Shown here piece by piece: positions 9,256 through 16,913 of a DNA stretch of 34,662 nucleotides (positions are counted from its first letter, which is position 1; the number at the start of each line of letters is the position of its first letter). The DNA lies in the NCBI GenBank assembly GCA_005877185.1, contig VBPQ01000028.1:1-34662 (forward strand). The letters run 5' to 3'. Position numbers and translations under genes: made by a program. The notes beneath the pieces are model-generated. The model ran no database searches. It worked only from the letters and a program-made list of their open reading frames with translations, and was not told where the DNA came from. This DNA is from Nitrososphaerota archaeon. GTDB taxonomy: Archaea > Thermoproteota > Nitrososphaeria > Nitrososphaerales > Gagatemarchaeaceae.

Positions 9256-9591
9256 TTGCAGATAACAAAGAAGACAGAGTCGAAGCTGCTCGACAGGGTT
9301 GAGATTGAGGTGCTCATTCCAGAGAAGGCAGGGAAGCTCTCCCGGAATGAGGCGGTCGGGATGGTCGCGGAGGAGATGAAGGTTGGAAAGGAGAGGGTCG
9401 GGCTGATAGCACTGAAGCAGCAGGCTGGGACGAGAGACGTGGTGGGCATGTTCGGGGTCTACGGTTCTGAGGAAGCCATGAAGAGGACTCACCCCCACCA
9501 TCTCACGGTGAGGCTAATGACGAAGGAGGAGAGGGAGAAGTTGAAGCAAGCGAAGAAGAAGGCGAAGACTCCGACGACGGAGGCGAAGTAG
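9256..9591 (+). CDS. rps24e: 30S ribosomal protein S24e
   Basis: (M)QITKKTESKLLDRVEIEVLI...GMFGVYGSEEAMKRTHPHHL matches the S24e pattern. TTG 9256 is preferred over track GTG 9208, because the extra 16 aa are not S24e-like and cover the promoter motif. The C-terminus has a K/E-rich tail. Confidence 0.85.
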   Translation: MQITKKTESKLLDRVEIEVLIPEKAGKLSRNEAVGMVAEEMKVGKERVGLIALKQQAGTRDVVGMFGVYGSEEAMKRTHPHHLTVRLMTKEEREKLKQAKKKAKTPTTEAK

Positions 9592-9592
9592 G

Positions 9593-9880
9593 GTGTCGAA
9601 GCAGCAGCCAGCTCCCGCCCCCCCTCCGGCCAAGACGCCGGTCCCGGCCCCAGCTGCGCCGCCTCCCGCTGGGACGGAGGAGAAGAAACCAGAAAAGAAG
9701 GAGAAGCCGAAGGCACCCAAGAGGCGGATTCAGGTCTGGAAGCTTTACAAGCTCGAGGGTGAAAAGGCGACGCGCCTCAGGCGGGAGTGCCCTAGGTGCG
9801 GGAGAGGCTATTTCATGGCGGAACACAAGAACAGGCTCTCCTGCGGCAACTGCGGCTACACCATGTACACGAAGTCCTAG
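9593..9880 (+). CDS. rps27ae: 30S ribosomal protein S27ae with a P/A/K-rich N-terminal extension
   Basis: C-terminal Zn ribbon CPRCGRGYFMAEHKNRLSCGNCGYT. GTG 9593 is the only ATG/GTG/TTG in frame upstream of the conserved core. Confidence 0.88.
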   Translation: MSKQQPAPAPPPAKTPVPAPAAPPPAGTEEKKPEKKEKPKAPKRRIQVWKLYKLEGEKATRLRRECPRCGRGYFMAEHKNRLSCGNCGYTMYTKS

Positions 9881-11511
9881 GAGTACTCGCGCAGAAGGTT
9901 CCTGATCAAGAGTGTCATGCTCGGGGCCAGGAAGGGTTGAAAGGGAGCGACGTACCTCAGCTTTCTCGCGGTCGCGATCGCTTTGCTCCCGTTCTCATTC
10001 CTGTAGGCCTCGAGGAACGTTCTTGCGACGCGCTCCATCCCTTCAGCCCTGAGGGATAGCTTGGCGGTGTAGTAGAGAAACTCCGCGATGTCCCAGGCGG
10101 CCTCCCCACTCTCCACGGCCTGCTCGAGGTCGGTCAAGAAGACTTCGCCTCCGCGGATGATCACGTTGGATGCCTTCGTGTCGCCGAGGGTGAAGCCGCC
10201 CCTGTGGATCTTGGCGATGGCTTCCGCATAGCTCTTGATGAAGGTGGCGTCGTCCGACCATCCTCTAAGGAGTCTGTGGATTACCCTCGAGAGAGGCTCC
10301 CCCTCGACGTACTCCTTTACGAGTATCCTCTCGTCGGGAGCTACCCCGATGACCCGAGGTGTCTTCACCCCCAGCTCCCTCAGCCTTCGCGAGGCGTGGT
10401 ACTCCCGGTGCAGCCTCGAGAGTGGGGAGAGGCTGAACTTTCTCGCACTCAGGGCCCATATTCCGAGGAGGGCCCACTTCAGGGAGCGGACGTCGGAGAA
10501 GTGCTTGACCAGGATTTTGGTCTCCCTGCTCCCCTCCGATAGGGTCACGATTCGCGCGGTGGCGGAGAGGTCCCCCGCCTGGCGCTCCTTGACTTTGAAG
10601 CCGTCGTTCATCCCGCTCAGCTTCGCCACCCCATCGTAGACGCTCGAGCCGTCTTCGAAGAGGGCGCCGTCATCCAACTTAAGGAGGCTCCTCGGCCGCT
10701 CGAGTTCTCGCGGGAGTTCAGGCCTCTCCCTCATCCTCTTGAGCTTGGAGAGCGCCTCCTTCTTGAAGACACCGAGCCCGACCCTCCCCGCGTAGCCGTG
10801 GACCGCGTACTGAGTCACGCCCCTCGTCGTCATCGAGAAGAGCGAGAGTGCCTTCGAGAAGGCGTCTCCCTTCAGCTTCTCCGAGCTGATCCTGATCGAG
10901 CTGTCGTCTATCGAGAGGTAGCTTCGGGACCCGACCCAATGGGCGGCCTCCCTGAACCCCCTGACGGCGAACTCTCTGTTCTCCTCTCCGCTCTTCCCTG
11001 AGTACGTCTGCGCATAGCTGTAGAGGGCGGGGGGATAGACGAAGGCCCTCTTGCGGAGCTTGTCGAAGAGGAAGTAGTCGTACGGAACGGCGAGGTCCTG
11101 ACTGAACTCCCCGTAGTCGGAGGCGAGCTCGTAGAGCTCCTCCGAGATCACGCGCCTCTTGTACTGGATCTCGAGGTGTTCGAGGAACTCCGCCCCGGCG
11201 ATCGGCTCGTAGATGTTGAGAAGCCTCCCGATGACGAACTCCCCCAGCGCCGCCTCCCTCGCGTCGCCCATGAGCAGCTCTTCGTCGACGATCAGCGCGG
11301 AGGCCGGAACCGCCGCCTCCAGGTACCTGTACCTGACACCGCCGCGGAAATTCTTGACGACGATGATCACGTCGTAGTCGGAGTCCTCCCTCGCGTAGCC
11401 GGCGACAGTCGAGCCGTAGGCACAGACGGCCTCGACCTTCCTGGGCTCGACGAGGAGATTCGCGACGGTACGCAGAGCCTCCCTCTCCTCCGAGCTTAGC
11501 CTCGCCTTCAA
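9877..11511 (-). CDS. Fusion protein: N-terminal Pol-beta-type nucleotidyltransferase domain plus C-terminal RIO/Bud32-like atypical protein kinase domain
   Basis: N-terminus has AYGSTVAGYAREDSDYDVIIVV (GS...DxD minimal NTase signature) and GEFVIGRLLNIYEPI. C-terminus has ILVKHF (Lys), hinge LVKEYVEGEPL, catalytic loop LGDTKASNVII and metal-binding FLTDLEQAV. The TTG start overlaps the upstream stop (TTGA). Confidence 0.6.
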   Translation of the reverse strand: MKARLSSEEREALRTVANLLVEPRKVEAVCAYGSTVAGYAREDSDYDVIIVVKNFRGGVRYRYLEAAVPASALIVDEELLMGDAREAALGEFVIGRLLNIYEPIAGAEFLEHLEIQYKRRVISEELYELASDYGEFSQDLAVPYDYFLFDKLRKRAFVYPPALYSYAQTYSGKSGEENREFAVRGFREAAHWVGSRSYLSIDDSSIRISSEKLKGDAFSKALSLFSMTTRGVTQYAVHGYAGRVGLGVFKKEALSKLKRMRERPELPRELERPRSLLKLDDGALFEDGSSVYDGVAKLSGMNDGFKVKERQAGDLSATARIVTLSEGSRETKILVKHFSDVRSLKWALLGIWALSARKFSLSPLSRLHREYHASRRLRELGVKTPRVIGVAPDERILVKEYVEGEPLSRVIHRLLRGWSDDATFIKSYAEAIAKIHRGGFTLGDTKASNVIIRGGEVFLTDLEQAVESGEAAWDIAEFLYYTAKLSLRAEGMERVARTFLEAYRNENGSKAIATARKLRYVAPFQPFLAPSMTLLIRNLLREYS

Positions 11512-12203
11512 CTCCTCACCTTCTCTTCGAGGGAACTTATTCTGGCGATGACCCCGGGGTCGAAGCTGCTCGAGAGGACTGAGCCCATCCCGAGTCGGAC
11601 GACATTCTCTTCGGGCGCGACCATCCTGACCGGGAGGCCCTTACCAATCCACCTCTTCTCGACGAGCGCGTTCAGCTTGTCGTCGACGAGACCTAGGGGG
11701 AACTTCCGTTCGACCAGTTTGATGAGTGCCCTGTCCTTGAAGATCGACTTCATTTTCACCGTCCTCTCCGTGTCGGCGAAGCTGGACTCGAAGAGGGTTG
11801 CGGCCCTCTCGTCGCTCACCACGCTCATCCTGCTCAGCTTCCTTACGAGGTCGAGATAGTGAGTGAACTCGTGGCCGGCGACTGCCTCAAGAGTCCCCTT
11901 CGCGCCAAAGGCGACGAGTGCCGCCGTGAACTGAACGAGGATCGAGAGGCCACCCGCCCCCGCAGCCGCGACCGTGGGGATGACCCTGGCGTATAGGACA
12001 CCGAGCTGCCCCGCCTCGCCGCGACTCTGGGCAAGGGGGAGGACCGGCTCGACGTAGTACGGCGGGTACGAGAGCTCGCTCGCCTTCTCGACGCGCTTGA
12101 CTGCACCGACCAGATACTTCGCCCTCCCTCTGACCCGCTTCGCGATCGCCTTGGGAATCTTCCCCTCGGTTTCCGCTCTGTCGAGTGCGAAGAGAGGATT
12201 CAC
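11508..12203 (-). CDS. Hypothetical protein with HExxH motif (putative zinc metallopeptidase-like)
   Basis: HEFTH lies in AVAGHEFTHYLDL, directly after a hydrophobic stretch VIPTVAAAGAGGLSILVQFTAALVAFGA. No family was recognised. It is translationally coupled to the downstream NTase-kinase gene. Confidence 0.45.
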   Translation of the reverse strand: MNPLFALDRAETEGKIPKAIAKRVRGRAKYLVGAVKRVEKASELSYPPYYVEPVLPLAQSRGEAGQLGVLYARVIPTVAAAGAGGLSILVQFTAALVAFGAKGTLEAVAGHEFTHYLDLVRKLSRMSVVSDERAATLFESSFADTERTVKMKSIFKDRALIKLVERKFPLGLVDDKLNALVEKRWIGKGLPVRMVAPEENVVRLGMGSVLSSSFDPGVIARISSLEEKVRS

Positions 12204-12248
12204 GATTTCGAGACGAATCTGGAGCTATTATAATTCTTCGAGGGGAGA

Positions 12249-12707
12249 CTAATCCTGAAGTCTGTACTTGACGATGGGAGTCCTTCGCGCGACCTCCATG
12301 AAGACCTCCGCGTGTTGGACTCCAGGTATCTTCCCGATTATGTCATAGACCGCCTTGTGCAGCTCGTCGAGGGATGCGCCCCTGAGGTTAACGATGAGGT
12401 CGAACCTCCCCGTGACTTCGCGCAAGAGCCTCACAGAGTCCATCTTCATGATCTCGTCGAGAATCTGCTCCCTGTTCTTGGGGTCGAGGTTGATTCCTGC
12501 GATGGCTGATGCGGTCATGCCCAGCTTGTCTTCGTTGACGGTGATGGTGTAGTGCTCGATTATCCCCCTCCGGATCAGCCTCTTTATCCTGCTGTAGGCG
12601 ACAGAGAGGTTGATGCCGAGGTCATTGCTGAGTTTCGGTATCGAGATAGAAGCGTCCCTGTTGAGGGCAGAGAGTATTTTCATATCAATTTCGTCAAGTT
12701 TAGCCAT
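12249..12707 (-). CDS. Lrp/AsnC family transcriptional regulator
   Basis: LDEIDMKILSALNRDASISIPKLSNDLGINLSVAYSRIKRL HTH plus a C-terminal RAM/ACT-like domain. Length 152 aa. Confidence 0.88.
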   Translation of the reverse strand: MAKLDEIDMKILSALNRDASISIPKLSNDLGINLSVAYSRIKRLIRRGIIEHYTITVNEDKLGMTASAIAGINLDPKNREQILDEIMKMDSVRLLREVTGRFDLIVNLRGASLDELHKAVYDIIGKIPGVQHAEVFMEVARRTPIVKYRLQD

Positions 12708-13034
12708 TTATATAGCCGCACTTACGCGAATTTTGCAATTTCTCGTATATGAGGCTTTCCTTCCCTTTTTCCCCTTCTCTCGAAGCCCTCCGCGCCTCCC
12801 GCGAGGCTGGAAGTTGAGTCGTCTCACGGGTCTAGGAAATGATAACTCGATGGTTAGCGGTCCCAACTCGACTGGTGTACGCAAGAACTTCTTCCCGAGG
12901 GTTCGGAATGACGAATCCACTCTGGTTTTCGTGCGTTGAAGAGGGGTCGATTTGCCAATCTTCTTGTCAGTCGATAATTGGCCTCCGGCTGCCAGAGGCT
13001 TGCACGAGTGGATCCGAGTAGACCGCTACAGCAC

Positions 13035-13058
13035 AAAAGGGAGTGCAACCCGAAGGGT
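13035..13058 (-). terminator. Possible terminator of the secreted-protein gene (small hairpin followed by a T-run)
   Basis: On the minus strand, ACCC-UUC-GGGU (plus 13048..13058) is followed about 9 nt later by TTTT (plus 13035..13038), roughly 20-45 nt past the stop. This is a weak signal. Confidence 0.25.
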
Positions 13059-13078
13059 AACACACTTCTCGAGTGGAA

Positions 13079-13795
13079 TTACGGTAGGACGAGGTAGACT
13101 GCGGTGAGGCTGATCGTTGTGGTAGTAGTCGGGACAGTCAGATCGTGGAATCTGGCTATGTCCAGAGGGCCGTCGCTCCAGTGAGCGAAATACGCGTTTC
13201 CGTAATCAGCGACTGCGACTTGGTACTCCTGGCCATTGGTAACGAAGAACGTGCACGGAGAGAAACACTCGTCAACCATCACACAGTTTTGCCACTGTGT
13301 TTGGTCTTGGCAATTCTGCCATAGCGTCGTGTAGTAACCGCTTATTTCTCCGAATGAATCAACAGTACCCACCGAGATTTGCGAGTCGCCCGCCGGAATT
13401 GCAGTGATGTCGGCATACACTGCAGTTATTGCCTGGTCCGTTGTTATCATTCCCGTATCCCTGTATCTGTCTGTGCCACCGTCGGACCACCGGACGAACT
13501 GAAAAGTCCCGTAGTCGTCGACAAGAACTGTGTAAGTCTGTCCAACGGTGACGGTGAATGAGACTGGAGTAAAGCCCGTATCCACAATATTGCCGCCCGA
13601 ATCGAAGAGAACTGTGTAGTAGCCTGTGATGGTACTTCCACTCGTGTCTTCGCTAGTGACAGTCAACGTAGATGTTACCGCGGTCGCATGAGCACTCCTC
13701 AGGAGAGGCACGAACGCCAGCAGAGAGGATACCACGAGGAGCTTGATAAAAGAGGCGAGTCCTAGTCCACGCCTGCAAGCGTTGCCTATTTTCAC
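13079..13795 (-). CDS. Secreted/anchored protein with two tandem ~90-aa repeat domains, function unknown
   Basis: N-terminal signal/anchor (LGLASFIKLLVVSSLLAFVPLL). Internal repeat: GYYTVLFDSGG...FTVTVGQTYTVLVDDYGTFQFVRWSDGG...AITAVY versus GYYTTLWQN...FFVTNGQEYQVAVADYGNAYFAHWSDGP...SLTAVY. The second copy carries a 4-Cys insert. GC is lower than its surroundings. GTG start. Confidence 0.6.
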   Translation of the reverse strand: MKIGNACRRGLGLASFIKLLVVSSLLAFVPLLRSAHATAVTSTLTVTSEDTSGSTITGYYTVLFDSGGNIVDTGFTPVSFTVTVGQTYTVLVDDYGTFQFVRWSDGGTDRYRDTGMITTDQAITAVYADITAIPAGDSQISVGTVDSFGEISGYYTTLWQNCQDQTQWQNCVMVDECFSPCTFFVTNGQEYQVAVADYGNAYFAHWSDGPLDIARFHDLTVPTTTTTISLTAVYLVLP

Positions 13796-13813
13796 GAATC
13801 CTCCATACTTCTT

Positions 13814-13821
13814 AGATATAA
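13814..13821 (-). promoter_or_regulatory. TATA-like box (TTATATCT on the minus strand) for the secreted-protein gene
   Basis: Lies about 18-26 nt upstream of GTG 13795 in an AT-rich intergenic region, which would imply a leaderless or near-leaderless mRNA. Confidence 0.35.
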
Positions 13822-13872
13822 GTCGGTTACGTCACTATCGCATCTAACAATCTACAATAAAAGACAAATCTA

Positions 13873-13893
13873 GGATTTTGACGGGATTTTGAC
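13873..13893. repeat. Tandem 10-mer GGATTTTGAC x2 (11-bp period)
   Basis: GGATTTTGAC-G-GGATTTTGAC was read directly. It lies about 80-100 nt upstream of the secreted-protein start and is a possible regulator binding site. Confidence 0.6.
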
Positions 13894-13956
13894 TTCAGAC
13901 CTAGAAGAATAAGTTAGCGAAAGAATCTCGGATGAGAGGTGTGAAGTTCGACCCTA

Positions 13957-14298
13957 TCAGTCGACCTTCTCTGCGTTGATCTGGTAGATCTCATCGGTGA
14001 CCGTGTTTCCCCTTACGAGCTTCCTTCTCTTTTCGCCCTCGGCTGCCTTCTTGAAGCCGATCCCCTTTGTCAGGAGGATGTACCTCTTTCCCCCGCCTAG
14101 GACGTCCCCGCGCATTGGGAAGCCTGCCCTGTCGGAACCGCCGGTAATCCTCAGCTTTCCCTTGTAACCGCTGCTGGCCGCGTCGACCACCTCCCCAATC
14201 CTGCGCCCCATGAAGAGCTGGGCGTTCGAGTCCTTCACCTCGAGGACCTCCGACTTCGCCTTCTTCGGGTCAGAGATGACGAGCTTGAAGTTAGCCAT
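13957..14298 (-). CDS. rps6e: 30S ribosomal protein S6e
   Basis: MANFKLVISDP...ITGGSDRAGFPMRGDV...KRRKLVRGN is the typical S6e pattern. Confidence 0.93.
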   Translation of the reverse strand: MANFKLVISDPKKAKSEVLEVKDSNAQLFMGRRIGEVVDAASSGYKGKLRITGGSDRAGFPMRGDVLGGGKRYILLTKGIGFKKAAEGEKRRKLVRGNTVTDEIYQINAEKVD

Positions 14299-14348
14299 CC
14301 TCGGGCTCCGCCGCCACTCTCGTTATAAGAGTTGAACCGCTCGCTCGC

Positions 14349-16139
14349 TCAGAATCCGTACATCGGGTCCGTCGCGGAGCGGACCCTGACTATCTCCTCG
14401 AGCGCCTCCAGGTCGTCCCCGCTGAGGGCGTTCAGATACTTTCCGCGGAGGAGCTTGACGTCGTGGCTTCGGGGGAGGGAGTAGAGGATGACGTTCTCCC
14501 TGATCTGCCTCCCGAGGGTCGGCCCGCTGACCGAGATCGCGACCTTATCCCCCATCCTCGCGCTCTCGAGATTCTTTCCCTTGTCCTGGATCTGCTCTAC
14601 CTTCCCTAACTCTTTCCCTTCCGCGTTCATCAGTCTCGCGTGGGGGTGTAACTTCCCGGCCAGCACCTCGACCCCGAAGACGGCCGGGTCATTTCGTCTG
14701 AAGAAGGCGCCCGGGAGGGCCTTTAGCTTGGCGGGGGTCGTGAGCGATGCCAGCCCGACCCTTTCGTTCTCCTCCCTCGCCTTCGCTGCCCACTCCGCAT
14801 ACTTGTCGATCACCTCGTAGATGACCGACGAGAGGAAGACCTGCCCGTTCTTCATCTCCTTCGCATCTGGGAGGAGCTTCACGTCGAAGCCGAGAATCGC
14901 GGCCAGGTAGGGGTCGTGGTCCTTCACCACCTCTGCCTCCACCGTGTCGTTCTTCGAGATATCGCCTATGTCTGCGAGCCTAACGGGGATCCCCCTCTCC
15001 TTGAGCATCTGTAGGAGGGCCTCCAGCCCACCGATGGAGCCCGCCTTCACGATGACGCCCATCGTGTCTCTCTTCACGACGACGTTCTGGAGGTCCTTCT
15101 CCACCTCCTTCTTGAGAGCGGCGAACTCCGACTCGTGCCTGAAGGTGATTACCGGGGTACCGGGTATGGCACCCTCCAAATCCGTCGAGACAAGCTTGAC
15201 GCCGGCGGCGGCGTAGACTCTCTGTACCGGGGTGAACTTGTCCCTCGGGTCTCTCATCTCGTCGAGAGGCTTCGGCATGAAGAGAGCCTTGACCTTCGAC
15301 TTGACCGCACCCTCCCTCTTGACGAGGACGATGGAGTCGCCCACGACGAACTTCCCCTCCGTGAGGATCACGTTGGCTGTCTGCCCGACCCCCGCTTCCT
15401 CCTGGAGCTCGAGGATTATCCCTCGCCCCCTCTCCGCCTCCTCGATCACCGAGAGCTTTCCTTTCAGGAACTGCTGGGCGAGCCCTATCAGGACAGCAAG
15501 AAGCTCTGGGATGCCTGTTCCGTACCTCGCGGAGACGGGCACGATGGAGACCTGCTTGCGAAAGTCTTTCACCCTGTAGTAAGCGTCAGACTCGAAGCCG
15601 AGCCTCGAGAGGGAGGCCACGACGTTGTAGAGCCTCTCCTCGAATTCGTCGTTCCACTCTGGCGTCTGCTGCTTCAGGACTTCCGCGAGGAGGCCCTCGC
15701 TTCCCTTCCTCCAGCCCTTGATCATGTCCACCTTGTTCAGCGCCACCAGGAAGGGGACGTGCCTCTGTTTGAGAATCTCGAGAGACTCTATCGTCTGGTT
15801 CTCCAGCCCCTTCAGGACGTCTACCACGAGGATGGCGATATCGGCCGCGGAGCCGCCCCTCACCCTGAGGTTGGAGAAGATTTCGTGGCCTGGCGTGTCG
15901 ATGACGAGCAGGCCGGGTATCTTCAGCTCTCCCCCCGCTCTGTCGAGGAGATTTCCGGTGATCGTCTGGAGGGTCTCTATGGGGAAGAAGCTCGCTCCGA
16001 TCTCTTGAGTGATCCCGCCCGCTTCCCTCGCCTGGACCGCGGTGCCGCGTATGCGATCAAGCAAAGAAGTTTTTCCCGCGTCCACATGACCGAGAACGAC
16101 GACGACAGGCTGGCGAAGCGTCTGTGTGGTGCTGGACAC
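14349..16139 (-). CDS. infB: Translation initiation factor aIF5B (IF-2)
   Basis: G1 GHVDAGKT, DTPGH and NKVD GTPase motifs. Length 596 aa. GTG start. Conserved position between ndk and S6e. Confidence 0.95.
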   Translation of the reverse strand: MSSTTQTLRQPVVVVLGHVDAGKTSLLDRIRGTAVQAREAGGITQEIGASFFPIETLQTITGNLLDRAGGELKIPGLLVIDTPGHEIFSNLRVRGGSAADIAILVVDVLKGLENQTIESLEILKQRHVPFLVALNKVDMIKGWRKGSEGLLAEVLKQQTPEWNDEFEERLYNVVASLSRLGFESDAYYRVKDFRKQVSIVPVSARYGTGIPELLAVLIGLAQQFLKGKLSVIEEAERGRGIILELQEEAGVGQTANVILTEGKFVVGDSIVLVKREGAVKSKVKALFMPKPLDEMRDPRDKFTPVQRVYAAAGVKLVSTDLEGAIPGTPVITFRHESEFAALKKEVEKDLQNVVVKRDTMGVIVKAGSIGGLEALLQMLKERGIPVRLADIGDISKNDTVEAEVVKDHDPYLAAILGFDVKLLPDAKEMKNGQVFLSSVIYEVIDKYAEWAAKAREENERVGLASLTTPAKLKALPGAFFRRNDPAVFGVEVLAGKLHPHARLMNAEGKELGKVEQIQDKGKNLESARMGDKVAISVSGPTLGRQIRENVILYSLPRSHDVKLLRGKYLNALSGDDLEALEEIVRVRSATDPMYGF

Positions 16140-16186
16140 GGAAAATCAAACTCGTTCGTCTTGTGCGAGACCCCGTATTTATCCTG

Positions 16187-16597
16187 TTAGAAGCCGAGAA
16201 CTTTGGTTTCGTGCTGGAAGCTGGCCGTCGAGTCTGAGGCGTGCACCGCGTTGTCTGTCAACCCGAGGGAGAGGTCTCCCCTTATCGTCCCCGCCTCGCT
16301 CTCCCAGGCCTTTGTTGCTCCTACCATCCGCCTCGCTGTGGCGACGGCGTCCCTCCCCACGAGAACTACCCCTACGACTGGTCCGCTGGAGATGAACGAG
16401 ACGAGCTCGTTGAAGAAGGGCTTGCCCCTGTGCACCTCGTAGAATTTCTCCGCCTGAGCTTTCGTCATCGTGATCATCCTGAGTTGCTTTATCGCGAATC
16501 CCTTCCTCTCGAATCGCGAGAGAATCTCCCCGACGTAACCCCGCTTGACCCCGTCGGGTTTAACGACGACGAGGGTCTCCTCGGTGGCTGTGCTCAA
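16187..16597 (-). CDS. ndk: Nucleoside diphosphate kinase
   Basis: ETLVVVKPDGVKRG...FERKGF...NAVHASDS (active-site His). TTG start. Confidence 0.93.
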   Translation of the reverse strand: MSTATEETLVVVKPDGVKRGYVGEILSRFERKGFAIKQLRMITMTKAQAEKFYEVHRGKPFFNELVSFISSGPVVGVVLVGRDAVATARRMVGATKAWESEAGTIRGDLSLGLTDNAVHASDSTASFQHETKVLGF

Positions 16598-16598
16598 C

Positions 16599-16775
16599 CT
16601 ACTTCCTACCTCTCGCCCACTTCAGCTTCCTCGGGTCGCGCTTCAGCTTCAGGTCGTTCACCTTGCACTTTGAGGAGCAGTAGCTACGAGTGGAGCCGTC
16701 GTTTTTGACGTACATTATCCCGAGGCCGAGATACACTTCTCTGCCGCAGAAAGAACATTTCTTGGGAGTATACAA
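16599..16775 (-). CDS. rpl24e: 50S ribosomal protein L24e (not in the supplied ORF track, under 60 aa)
   Basis: Hand translation of the minus strand gives (M)YTPKKCSFCGREVYLGLGIMYVKNDGSTRSYCSSKCKVNDLKLKRDPRKLKWARGRK*. This has the C-x2-C...C-x3-C L24e zinc motif and a PRKLKW tail. TTG start is at 16775, with GGTGGT 8 nt upstream and an in-frame TAG 2 codons further upstream. The stop TAG lies 1 nt before the ndk start. Confidence 0.88.
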   Translation of the reverse strand: MYTPKKCSFCGREVYLGLGIMYVKNDGSTRSYCSSKCKVNDLKLKRDPRKLKWARGRK

Positions 16776-16829
16776 TTCAAGCTACCACCATCGACCTACG
16801 GATGAACAGGACGTCCCCGTCGCGGTGTC

Positions 16830-16837
16830 AATATAAA
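16830..16837 (-). promoter_or_regulatory. TATA-like box TTTATATT (minus strand) about 55 nt upstream of L24e
   Basis: This is the only strong AT-rich octamer between L24e and the inserted cassette. It would give L24e-ndk-infB-S6e a promoter independent of L7Ae-S28e. Confidence 0.35.
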
Positions 16838-16913
16838 CAGAGCGATGAAATGTGGCAATCAGAGCGGGTAGCAGAATGAGTGGTGGTTAAAGCGTCCACG
16901 ACTGTCATTAGTC

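Noticed and set aside
12696-12712. TATATAAATG: a perfect TATA box fused to the annotated Lrp start codon. This would suggest the real start is the internal ATG (MKILSAL...).
   Set aside because: The conserved LDEIDMKIL N-terminal helix of Lrp/AsnC proteins is encoded upstream of the internal ATG. A second TATA-like box (CATATACG, about 12746-12753 on the minus strand) can serve ATG 12707. This cannot be resolved without TSS data.
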